This document shows, in pieces, positions 1 to 12,064 of a stretch of DNA of 64,000 bases. The stretch spans positions 744,001 to 808,000 of the forward strand of contig CM068771.1 of assembly GCA_035084275.1 (NCBI GenBank). The letters run 5' to 3'. Both the position numbers and the translations under genes were made by a program. Below the pieces are notes generated by a model. It had not been told where the DNA came from and did not search any database. It worked only from the letters and a program-made list of their open reading frames with translations. This DNA is from Hydrolagus colliei (lineage: Eukaryota). Positions within the stretch are counted from its first letter, which is position 1, and each line of letters begins with the position of its first letter.

Positions 1-219
1 GGAAAGTTCGTCAGCCAGTGATATCAATGGCAAGCTAGTGAAGTGCTCTGAGACGCCTTCCAGTGTGGAAAGCGCTATATAAACTGACATTATTGTATGT
101 GGTTTAGCTGGTTAGATGGTGATGGCTGTGACACAGCCAGTGGTCACAGTGACAAAGGCAGAGACCACTGTGTGACACAGACAGACAGTGTAAGAGTGAG
201 CGAGTTGCACTGTTACTCA

Positions 220-365
220 CTAGAGCGAGCGCTGTTGGCCGTGGAGACGCTGCCTCTCTTTCAGCAGTAAGATGATGCCCACGATGGCACTGATGATTCC
301 CAGTGAGATTCCCAGAGCACAGACCACCGTCCCCGCTCCGCCCCGAGCCTCAGGCACCTTCGGCC
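220..365 (-). CDS. mhc2a: MHC class II alpha chain, exon 4 (connecting peptide, transmembrane, cytoplasmic tail, stop)
   Basis: Acceptor ctcactcag|GG at 366-367. Translates (G)PKVPEARGGAGTVVCALGISLGIISAIVGIILLLKERQRLHGQQRSL*, with the class II alpha TM motif VVCALGxxxGxxxxxxG and a KERQR tail as in shark class II alpha (recalled). Locus letter not assignable. Confidence 0.95.
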
Positions 366-959
366 CTGAGTGAGGAGAGAGGAGCAGCTCAGAGCTGGCA
401 CACAGTGGTATACATAGAGGGGGACAAAGGGACACAAACATATAGGGAAAGACAAAGGGGGGACAGTGCTGTGCACAACTGGCTGGTACATTTAGCCCAT
501 AAAATATAGACAATCCACTTTACAGTACTATATATTCAGTGAAGACACAAACAGCATCTGAGACGCACCAACACACACATCAAACCACAGGAACAGGAGG
601 CCATTCAGCTACTCAATCCTGTTCCACCATTCTATAAGATCATGTCTGATCTGTATCTCAAATCGAATTATCAGCCCTTGCCTCCTATCATTCCATTCTG
701 TGACCTAACAAACATTTATTCACTTCAATTTGAACAATGTGACTGGATCCAGTCATAACAGACAGGAGAGCGAGGGGCGGAGCGAGCAAAGCACAAATTA
801 AAAAACAATACATCCAGCAGGAAAATCAAATAGGGATGGCAGAGCTACATCATAATCAAATTGTTCTGAACCAGCAAACAATAACTACAAGCACTAAAAA
901 TAAAATATAGATACTTTTTACAAAATTAATTAAGAATTAAAAAAAATAATAAATAAAAC

Positions 960-3900
960 ATGAATTCATAGTGAAGGTGGGAGAGGTAGCAAGGGCGTGG
1001 CAGGTGTGTAGGAGCTGATGAAGGGCGGTGTGATCACATCTGCAGCAAATGTCTGCAACTGAGGAAGCTCCAGCTTAGAGGGGCAGATATTGTGCAGCAT
1101 CAGGGACAATGAGAGCTTCGTGCATACCTTCATCCTGGAGCCAGTCACTCCCCTGGAGCTCAGGGAATGTACGGACAATATTATCACTTATGATCAGGAC
1201 AGGGTGACTGACAGACAGGAGGTTAGGGGGACAACATGGAGAGTGGTAGTGAAACCTCAGGCTTTAACCATGACCAACAGGTTCATATAGGAAGGAAACA
1301 CAAACAGAACTTACATTCATAGATTCATAGATTCATAGAATGTTACGGCACAAAAGGAGGCCATTCGGCCCATCTAGTCTGTGCCGGATCTTTGAAAAGA
1401 GCAATTTAATCCCACTGCCCTGCCCGCTCCTTATAGCCTAATAGACCTGTTCTCCCTAAATAAAGATCTAATTCCCTTTTAAAAGTTGTTATCAAATCAG
1501 CCTCCACCATCTTTTCAGGCAATGCATTCCAGATTCGAACAACTCGCTGAGTGAAAAAATTTCTCCTCAGCTCCCCTCTACTTCGCCTTGAAACTATTTT
1601 AAATCTGTGACCACGAGTCACAGATTCGCCTACGAGTGGAAATAGTTTTTCTCTATTTGCCCTGTCGAAACCCCTCATGATTTTATAAACCTCTATTAGG
1701 TCTCCCCTCAATCTTCTCTGCTCCAGAGAGAATAACCCTAGCCTATCTAGCCTCTCCTCATAGCTGAAGTCCCTCAATCCTGGCACCATCCTAGTAAATC
1801 TTCTTTGTACCCTTTCCAATGTCTTCACATCCTTTCTGTAATGCGGTGACCAGAATTGAACACAGTATTCCAGCTGAGGCCTCACCAAAGTCTTATAGAG
1901 GTTAGTCAGCACTTCCTGACTTTTGTACTCTATACCCCTATTTATAAAGCCTAGTATCCCATATGCCTTCTTAACAGCCTTGTCTACCTGTCCTGCCACC
2001 TTCAACGAGTCACTAACACAAATCCCCAGGTCTCTCTGTTCCTTCACACCATTTAAAATTTTACTATCTAGCCTATATTGCCTCCCTTCATTTCTTCTCC
2101 CAAAATGCATCACCTCACACTTCTCTGCATTAAACTTCATCTGCTATGTGTCTGCCCACTTTACCAATTTGTCTATATCCTCTTGCAGATGGCTACTATC
2201 CTCCTCACTATTTACTATTCTCCCTAACTTAGTGTCATCTGCAAACTTGGAAACTGTACTCCGTACACCCAAGTCCAGATCATTGATGTAGATTACAAAC
2301 AGCAATGGTCCCAAAACTGATCCCTGTGGCACACCACTGCTCACTTCCCTCCAGTCTGAAAAACAGCCGCTCACTACAACTCTCTGCTTTCTGTCTCGCA
2401 GCCAGTTGTGGATCCACGCTGCCACTGTCCCTTTTACGCCATGGGCCTTTAATTTCCTAATAAGTCTCTCATGTGGCACTTTGTCAAATGCCTTTTGAAA
2501 GTCCATGTAAACTACATCAACTGCGCTACCATTATCCACCCATTCCGTTACCTCATCAAAAAATTCTATCAGATTTGTAAGGCAAGATTTGCCTTCAACA
2601 AATCCATGTTGACTGTCCTTTATTAGCCTATATCTTTCTAAGTGAAGATCTACCTTGTCCCTGATTACGGACTCTAGAAGTTTGCCCACTACCGATGTTA
2701 GACTGACTGGTCTGTGGTTACCAGGCTTGTCCTTCTGCCCCTTTTTATACAAGGGAGTAACATTAGCTATCCTCCAGTCGCTGAGGAAACTAGGCAGGTC
2801 AGGTCAAGCCAGGTCATATGGTGAAAGGAAAACCTGATTCCAATATTGGGGGAGTTGAGCAGAAGGTTGTGGTAATTGGGGATGAGACTATCAGGCAGAC
2901 AGTTGCACTTATCTGCAGCCGTAACCAGGAGGCTCGAAGACTCTGTTGCCTTCCTGGGGCCAGGGCAAAGGACATCTTAGCAGGGCTAGAGGATAATCTA
3001 AGATATGAGGGTGAGGATCCATTTGTGGTACTTCACATAGGTACCAATGATATAGGTAGGGTTGGTTGGGATGAGAAGAGGAGGGAGTTCAAGGAGCTGG
3101 AAACTAAATGAAAACAAAGAACATCCAGGGTAGTGATATCAGGATTGCTGCCTGTGCCATATGCTAATTAGCACAGGAATAAGCAAATTAGTGACTTGAA
3201 TGCATGGCTGAAGGAATGGTGTAGAATGCAGGGGTTTCATTTTATGGGCTACTGGCACCAGTATTGGGGGAAAGGGGGTCTATTTCAAAGATATGGGCTC
3301 CATTTGAATCGGGCGGGGACAAATGTCCTAGGAAATTGAATTAATAGGGAGGTAAATAGAGGTTTAAACAAGTAATGGTGGTGAGCGGGGGGGAGAAATA
3401 ATTAGAAATAATCATAAACCAGCAATATCAGGAAAATTTAAGGTGACAGTACAGAATGGCGAGAGTGATAAAAAGAATATGTTAAAAAGAGTTAAAGAAG
3501 TTCAGTAAAGTAGATAGGGCATCAGAGAGCATGGGAAATGCTAAGAAATTAAAAAGGCTTCATCTGAATGCATGACGCATTCCTAATAAAATAGATGAAT
3601 TAATGGCACAGATAGATATAAATAGGTATGATCTAGTAGCCATCACTGAAATATGGTTACAGAGAGATCTAGGGTGGGACTTAAATATACCAGGGATTTC
3701 AGTTTATAGGAAGGATAGGCAATGTGGTAAACGACTTAATGTGGAACATTAAGTCAGATTGTAAGAATTTTTATTAAGAGGAATAGCTAGTGAAAGTAAA
3801 AGTGGGTCCATTACAGGCAGAGACAAGAGGAATTATAATGGCAGAGAACCTAAATAAATATTTTGCGTCTGTCTTCACATTAGAAGACACAAAAAGTCCG

Positions 3901-4770
3901 CCGACAATAGAGATGAACCAAGGGCTAATGATAGGCAGCAACTTAGAGAAATTTGCATTAGCAAGGAATTGGTGCAAGGGAAATTGTTAGCACCAAAATG
4001 TGACAAGTGCCCTGGACCTGATGGTTTGCATCCTAGGATTTTAAAGGAAGTGGCTCATGAGATTGTAGAGGTCTTGTGTTTGATCTTCCAAAATTCCTTG
4101 GATTCTGGAATGGTTCCCATGGATTGGAAGATTGCAAACATCACACCACTATTTAAGAAGTGTGGGAAAGAAGGATGGGGAACTATAGACCAGTTAGTCT
4201 GACATCAGTGGTAGGGAAAATTCTAGAATACTATACTTGATTAAGAATGTTGTAGTGGGGTGCTTAGAGGATAACAATATAATTAGACAAAGTCAACATG
4301 GCTTTACAAAAGGGAAGTCATGCTTGACAAATCTTGTAGATTTTTTTGAGGTTATATCAAACAGATTAGACAGGGGGGAATCCGTGGATGTAGTGTATTT
4401 GGATTTCCAAAAGGCATTCGATAAGATGCCTCAAAAAACTTGATCCAAAAGGTAGATCCATGGATTTGGGGAAAATATATTCACATGGATTGAAGAATGG
4501 CTAACGGGAAGGATATTAAAAAGTAGGGATAAACAGGTCCTTCTCAGATTCACAGGATGTGACTAGTGGACTGCCACAAGGATCAGTGCTTGGGTGTCAA
4601 CTATTTACAATTTACATCAATGATCTAGATGAGGACATCAAACTTAAAATATCCAAATTCGCGGATGACACTAAATTGGGAGGGAGAATAAACACTGAGG
4701 ATGACATTTTAAAAAATGCAGCACAATATAGATAGGCTAGGTGAGTGGGCAGGTAGGTGGCAGATGAAAT
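960..4770 (+). mobile_element. Old degenerate CR1 LINE (ORF1 and ORF2 remnants), interrupted by a younger CR1
   Basis: ORF1 N-terminal CSKC remnant (~1040-1290), SGNH-esterase-like VVVIGD...CLPGA...HIGTND (2818-3111), endonuclease start (~3560-3730), RT fragments (3790-4700). Confidence 0.8.
1313..2779 (-). mobile_element. Young 5'-truncated CR1 LINE (RT to 3' end), one in-frame stop
   Basis: ORFs 2144-2752 and 1406-2140 (PQGSVLGP, FADD) separated by one W-to-stop codon. The 3' tail is the CR1-type (ATTCTATG)n-like repeat at ~1313-1340. Near-identical to 49111-50600. Confidence 0.95.
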
Positions 4771-4899
4771 GTAATGAGGCGCCATTCGGCGTGGAGGGCG
4801 CTATATAAATCGAAGTTGTTATTGTTGTTGTTAATGTGTGAAGTCATTCACCTAGGTGGTAAAAACAGTAGAGCAGATTATTTTTTAGAAGGGGATAGT

Positions 4900-7335
4900 G
4901 ATATGACGGAATCCCTAAATTAATACTTTGCATCTGTCTTCACCCTAGAAGACACAACAAGTCACCCAACAATAGGGATACACCAAGTGGTAAATGACAG
5001 GGAACAACTTAGGGAAATCTTCATTAGCAGAGAACTGGTGCTAGGGAAACTGCTGACACTAAAAATTGATAAATCCCCTAGTCCGGATGGCTTGCATCCC
5101 AGGGTCTTAAAAGAGGTAGTTTATGAGATAGTGGGTGCTTTGTGTCTATTCTTCCAAAATTCCTTGGATTCTGGAACAGTCCCCATGGATTGGAAGATCA
5201 CTAATGTCACACCACTATTTAAAAAGGGTGGAAAGGAAAAGATGGGGAACTATAGGCCAGTTAGTCTGACATTGGTGATAGGAAAAAATTTAGAATTCTT
5301 GATTAAGGATATTTTAGTGGGGTATTTAGGGGAGCACGATATAATTAGGCAAATTCAACATGACTTTACAAAACGGAAATCATGTTTGACAAATCTCACA
5401 GAATTTTTTGAGGATATTTCGAGTAAACTAGATAGAGGTGAATTAGTGGATATGGTCTATTTGGACTTCCAGAAGGCTATCGATAAGGTGCCGCATAAAA
5501 GATTGATGCAAAAGATAGGGGCTTACGGAATTGGGGGAACATATTAACATGGATTAGGGAATGGTTAACGGGTAGGAAACAAAGAGTAGGGATAAATGAT
5601 CCTTCTCAGATTGGCAGGATGTGACTAGTGGAGTGCCACAAGGATCAGTCCTTGGGTCTCAGCTATTTACCATCCACATCAACGATCTAGATAAGGACAT
5701 CGAGCTTAATATATCTAAATTTGCTGATGATATGAAAGTAGGAGGAAGCGTTAATACCAAGGATGACATTTAAAAAAGCAGCGCAATATAGATAGGTGAG
5801 TGGGCAGGTAGGTGGCAGATGAAGTATAATGCAGGGAAGTGCGAAGTCATCCATCTAGGTTGCAAAAATAGCAGAGCAGGTTATTTGTTAGAGGGTGAGA
5901 GATTGCAGAGGGACTTGGGTGTCCTTATACATCAAACACAGAAAGTTAGTAAGCAGGTGCATCAGGCAATTAGGAAGGCTAACGGTATGTTAGCTTTCAT
6001 TATAAAAGGGTTAGATTATACGAGTAGGGAAGTCTTGCTGCAGCTGTATATGGCCCTGGTGAGACCACATCTGGAATACTGTGTGCAGTTTTGGTCTCCT
6101 TATTTAAGAAAGGGTGTTCTTGCCTTGGAGGGAGTGCAACGAAGGTTCACAAAGTTAGTACCTGGAATGAGGGGGATGAGTTAAGATGATAGGTTGATTA
6201 ATTTGAGCCTATATTCTATGGAATATAGAAGAATTAGAGGGGATCTTTTAGAAAGCTGGAAGTTTATGAAGGGGCATGACAAAGTAGATAGTGGGAGATT
6301 GTTTCCCCTGGTTGGAGAATCTAAAACCAGGGGTCACAGTCTTAAAGTTAGGGGTCAGTCCTTTCACACTGAGTTGAGAAAAAAACGTTTTCACTCAGAG
6401 GGTGGTGAATGTATGGAATTCTTCACCTTAAAGGGCTGTTGATGCTCAGTCCTTGAACATATTCAAGACTGAGTTAGATAGATTTCTCATTTATAAAAGG
6501 ATTAAGGGGTATGGGGAGAAGGCAAGTAGCTGGAGTTAGAGTAGAATATCAGCCACGATTGAATGGCGGGGCAGGCTCGATGGGCCGAATGGCCTACTCC
6601 TGCTCCTATTTCTTACGTTCTTATGTTCTTAATGGGAGAGACTAAATAGTGTTAGCATTCAGAGGGACTTGGGTGTCCTTGTACACGAGTCACAAAAAGT
6701 TAGTCTGCAGGTACAGCAAGCAATTAGGAAGGCTAACGATATGTTGGCATTCATTATAAAAGGGTTAGAATATAAGAGTAGGGAAATCTTGCTGCAGCTA
6801 TATAGGGCCCTGGTGAGATTGCACCTGGAATATTGTGTGCAGTTTTGGTCTCCTTATTTGAGAAATTATGTGCTCGCCTTGGAGTCAACGTTGATTCACT
6901 AGGTTGGTACCTGGGATGAGGGGAATGAGTTATGAAGATAGGTCGAGCAATCTAGGCCTATATTCTCTAGAATATAGAAGAATTAGAGGTGATCTTATAG
7001 AAACCTACAAGATTATTAAGGGGCAAGACAGATTAGATAGTGGGAGACTATTTCACCTGGTTGCTCTGAAGATTAGGGTTCAGCCCTTTCGCAGAGTTGA
7101 GAAAAAACTTCTTCACTCAGAGGTTAGTGAATTTATGGAATTCTCTACTCCAAACGGCTGTGGATGCTCAGTCGTTGAACATATTCAAGACTGAGATTGG
7201 TAGATTTCTTATGGATAAAAGGATTAAGGAATATGGGGATAAGGCGGGTAGGTGGAGTTAGAATAGATCAGCCATGATCTTATTGAATGGCAGGGCAGGC
7301 TCGAGGGGCCGACTGGCCTACTCCTGCTCCTAATT
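4900..7335 (+). mobile_element. Two tandem older CR1 RT/3'-end fragments
   Basis: DKSPSPDGLHPR, NYRPVSLT, LVRPHLEYCVQFWSP motifs in broken ORFs. Two 3' tails (gttcttatgttctt) at ~6620 and ~7345. Confidence 0.85.
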
Positions 7336-7989
7336 CTTGTGTTCTTATGTTCTTCTAATCAACAGCCTTATGGGGAGCAAGAGAGAGAGTTCCAAATTCC
7401 CGCAGGCCTATGCGTGATTTCACTCCTAAATGCCCTGGTTCTGATTTTATGATTGTGCGCCCTTGTGCCGAGATTTGTTTTTAGTCCCATTATTTTCTGC
7501 AATACCATGTTTTACTAATATTAAATGCATTTAATACTTCTCCTGAGATTTTGTTAGATTCCTTTGTATAGCTGGTATTTTATCCTCTTCCTCTACTGTG
7601 AAAATGGAAGCAAACTATTTATGTAACAAGTCTGCCATTGCCTTATTTTCATTGTTAGCTTCATGCTGCCTCTTACATCTGTTGTGGACCATGGCTGTTG
7701 AATTGCACATGTGGAACTTTTTGTGTTTAGGGGTGTGTACTGGTATTGTATTGTCCCAAACATGTTAATGAAGATTTATGTGTGAATGTGGGTATATGCG
7801 GCGTCTGATGTGAAAAGCGCTATGTAAGTTTAATTTTGTTTTTGTTGTTGTTCAGCCATTAACAGCCCAGTTATTGTAGTTCATTCATATCTCATCCCTT
7901 CGAAGTTAACTACAGTATATGTGAATGTAAAACTTTGGTTTGTGCCTTTCCCACTTTCCGCCTAAAACTTACAGCAAATTCAGTCATAT

Positions 7990-8760
7990 TCAGGTCATTC
8001 TTTGCAAAATGTTCTCTTATCTGTTAGACAACCCCAACACACTCATTGAGACACTGCATCCCCTCCACCCCTCCACCCCCACATACACAATGAGAAGCAC
8101 ACAATCCCCACCCCAACCCTCCACACACACACACACACACATGCAAGGCACACCCAAACACATGCACACTGAGACACAAGCCCCCATACATAGCAAGACA
8201 AACCCCCCACACACAGAAACACCCACACACTCATTCTCACCCACACACTGAGACACCCCCACACACACACACTGAGACAATCCCCCCACATACACATTGA
8301 GACACCCCTTCACATACATACAATGAGGCAACCCCCACCCACCCACACAGAGACAGCCCCACATACACATAAACTGAGACAACACCCCCACACACACTGA
8401 GACATCCCCTCACACACACAGAGACACCCTCCCACACACATACACTGAGACAACCCCCCCCAAACATACTGAGACACCCCCTCACACACAGACAACCCCC
8501 CCACACACACAGAGGCACCCCCACACACACATACACTGAGACACCCCCCACCACACACACACAGAGACACCCCTCCACATACGCACTGAGATACCCCACC
8601 CACACACACATTGAGATACCCCCCGCTATACATACTCAGTCACCCACCCCTCACATACAGTGATGTGCTCACCTGCACACACTGAGACACCCGCCCCCAC
8701 CCCCATCCCACACACACTGAGACACCCTCCCACTGACCAACACACTGAGACACACCCAAA
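7990..8760. repeat. CA/C-rich low-complexity tandem repeat (cacactgagacacccc)n
   Basis: Degenerate ~20-bp units visible directly. Confidence 0.85.
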
Positions 8761-9494
8761 ACAATTACACTTGTATAGCACTTTTCATGTCAGAAGGACT
8801 TCCCAAGGCGCCGGACAGTCATTGTTTTAGGCGGAGCCTGCTGAGTGGAGGGCGCAGGCAGATTGGTAGGGGATTAGGAAGTTGCAGAGGTAGGGTGGGG
8901 TGAGGCCATGGAGGACTTTGAATATGAGGATCAGTATGTTGAATTAAATCCTCTGGGGCACCAATGGAGTTTCACGAGGATGCGGAGATGGGATCACGGA
9001 GCTTGGAGCGGCAGAGATGATGGGCCGCAGAGCCAATCAGGAGAGCCTCTGTCTTATTGACCTTCCACTGTAGAAAGTTAGCTCTCATCTGATATCTGAC
9101 AGATGATATCTGTCAGGACAGTGGTAGTCCTGGAGTCGAGGGTAGAAGCAGAGAGGTAGAGTTGGGTGTCATCCACATACATGTGGAAATTAACTCCATT
9201 TCTGCATATGATGTCACCAAAGAGGATAATGTAGGGGGTGGATACAGCCCCCACACAAACAAAATCAGACAGCCCCCACAGGCACACATAGACACCTCCC
9301 AACACACATATTCAGATACCTCCTCCCAGAAATACTTGTTCTTATCCCCTCACTGCTTCCCCTCACTGCACCGCAACCAATGCCCCACCTCACTAACACT
9401 GATAGCCCTCCTCACTACCACCTCACTGCTCCTCCTCACCGCCCCCACAACCCCCCCACAACTCCTCCCCTCACTGACCCCAGAAGTAGACTTA

Positions 9495-10800
9495 ATTGGC
9501 CATAATGTCGCCTATAATGGGCAACTTCAACCTCCACCTAAACTCCCCTTGAACCACATCTTCTAAATTCACTGCCTTGTTCTCCTTCCTGAACCTCACT
9601 CTTCACATAAACTCACTGATCCACAAACATGGCATCATCCTTGACCTCGTCATCACCCATGACCTTGACATTTCCAACGTGAGCATTATGAACAAGGCCA
9701 TTTCGGACCACTTCCTCATTTCCTTCTTCTTTCACATTCCTCTCTCCTCCACCAAGACCTCAACCATACTCTACCACCCATGGAAAAGGCTATCCCCTAA
9801 GACCCTCACAAAGGCCCTCATATCCTCCACCTGGTTTGAGTCCTACCTCATAAATGGCCAGCAGTACATCTCCACAAACAGTTTTTCCTCCCGCTCTAAT
9901 CTGGTTACCTGCACAGAACCCCAACGATCCATCCTTGGGCCTCTCCTCTTCCTAATCTATATGCTCCCTCTTGAGGATGTCATCCACAGACATGGGGCAC
10001 ACGTGTATGCGGATGACAATCAATTTTTCAACGTCACTTTGGAGCCCTGATATCTGTCAGCATGTCTGTCAGATATCAGGAGCTGGATGTGCACAAATTT
10101 TCTTCAGCTAAACATTGACAAATCAGAAGCCTTACTCTTTGGCTCTCATCAATGTCTTTGATTGCATGGCTCTCCCTACTCCACCTTCCTGACCTGCCCC
10201 TAGAACTCCGCAAACCCATACACAACTTATACGTCACGTTTGTCCCCCAATTGTACTTCCTCCCCTACATCTAGTCATTCACCAGCACTGCTTTCTTCCA
10301 TCTCCAACACGTCGACCGTCTCAGCCAATATCGCACATGAAAAGCCACCAAAAGCTCCCCCATTATCCCAGTCCTTGCCAGACTTCACTGGCTCCCTGTC
10401 CTGGAGAGGATCAATTTCAAGATCCTCGCTCTTGTTTTCAAATCCCTCCATCGTCTGCACCCCCCTACCTCTCTGACCTCTCTCACCAAACCAGCACCCG
10501 CTACCTTCCTTCCACTAGGTCTGGCTTCCTCCGTGTCTCCTGAATCCTCTGCTCCCATCAGTGGCCATGCCTTCAGCCACTATGCCCCAAGGCTCTGAAA
10601 TTCCCTTCCACACTCCCTTCACCTTGCCCCCTCTCTTCCTAGCTTCAGGTGTTGGCAAAAGACCTTTCTTTTCAACCGCTGTTTTGGTCAGCTTCTTCCC
10701 CTTACCCCTGGCTCAGTCCTGGGATCCATTGTTGGGAAGCGCTCTGAGATGCCATCTGGCGTGGAGGGCGCTATATGAATCCAAGTTGTTGTTTGTTGTT
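9495..10800 (+). mobile_element. L2 LINE fragments with 3' tail
   Basis: ILDLVITH, ISDHFLISF, PQRSILGPLLFLIYMLPL, YADD remnants, ending in ggcgctatat...gttgttgtt. Confidence 0.8.
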
Positions 10801-10981
10801 GCCCCCTCCATCACAGCCCCCCTCCCCACCCTCACTGACCCCAGAAGTAGACTGCGGGCTCCCTCAGGCTGTGGTGCTCCACACTGACCCTTCTCTGCCC
10901 CCTATACAACCTCATCCTCCCTCCTCTCATCACTGCCCACCTCACACCCTCCATCGCCCTTCCACCCAACCCATCACTGAC

Positions 10982-11263
10982 CCCAGAAGTGGACTGCGGG
11001 CTCCCTCAGACTGCGATGATCCACCTTGCAGGTAAACTCATCCCCAGGACGGGGTACGAAGCTCAGGTAGGTGAACCTCTGGAAAGAGTAATCCTTCTCC
11101 ATGTAATATTCAGTAATGTTCACACCCTCCTTCACCGGCTCGTTGTTCCTCAGCCAATTCATCATCAGCGCCGGGGGATAAAATCCAGCAGCGTGGCAGA
11201 TCAGCGTGTTCATCACACCCCATTCAATAGGTTTCTTAGGGTAAACAGCAATCTCTGGCTGGA
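10982..11263 (-). CDS. mhc2a: MHC class II alpha chain, exon 3 (alpha-2 Ig C1-set domain)
   Basis: 282 nt, phase 1/1, acceptor tccgcag|TC and donor TGG G|GTCAGT. Encodes IQPEIAVYPKKPIEWGVMNTLICHAAGFYPPALMMNW...NITE...FTCKVDHRSLREPAVHFW, with the C1-set C-W-C pattern and an NIT sequon. Confidence 0.97.
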
Positions 11264-11299
11264 CTGCGGAGAGAGAGAGAGAGAGAGAGAGAGTGATTG

Positions 11300-12060
11300 T
11301 GAGTGTTTGTACACCACCCACCTGGCTCACACACACAGTTTTCTCCATCCCCCACTCAGCTCACATTCACAGCATCGCAGAGAACACACACAGAGCATAC
11401 GCACACACACAGCCCACAGAAACAACAACCACAAAATTACATTGCTTTTCACGTTAGGAGGAGGCTCCAAGGCAAAGTCACAGAGCACACACACACACTA
11501 CACAAACAGAGAACACACATACACAACACCAACAGAGCACACACAGGGCACATACACACAGTGTACACAAACACACAGGAGGCACACACACAGGGTACAC
11601 ATACACATGGGGCACAAAAAGGGGCATATACACGGGGGGCACACGCAAACATGGGGTATACACACACACAGAGAGCACACACACAGAACACATATAGACA
11701 CATAGAACACACACACATGGGGTACACACACAGAGTACAGACACAGAGTATACAAAAACACATACAGAACATGCATACAAAGCACACACATACAAAGCAC
11801 AAACACACACAGCACACACACAGGGTACATGCACACCACACACACACATGCAGAGTGCACCACACACAATCACGTATAGACAGTGCACACAGACACACAC
11901 ACACAGTACACAAACAGAGCACACACACATACACAGCACACACATGCTGCACAAACACATTCACACACAAAGCACACATACACAAACACACATGTAGAGC
12001 ACACACACCAATAGAGCACATACTGACAGAGCACACATGAACAGAGCCCGCACACAGAAT
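11300..12060. repeat. (CA)-rich microsatellite-like tract in intron 2
   Basis: Degenerate CACA/CAGA repeats; source of several spurious ORFs. Confidence 0.9.
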
Positions 12061-12064
12061 AACA

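Noticed and set aside
10982-11263. W-category (WA) MHC alpha chain
   Set aside because: The D-E loop reads KDYSF, with Tyr rather than the beta2m-W60-equivalent Trp, and all domains resemble ordinary shark class II alpha.
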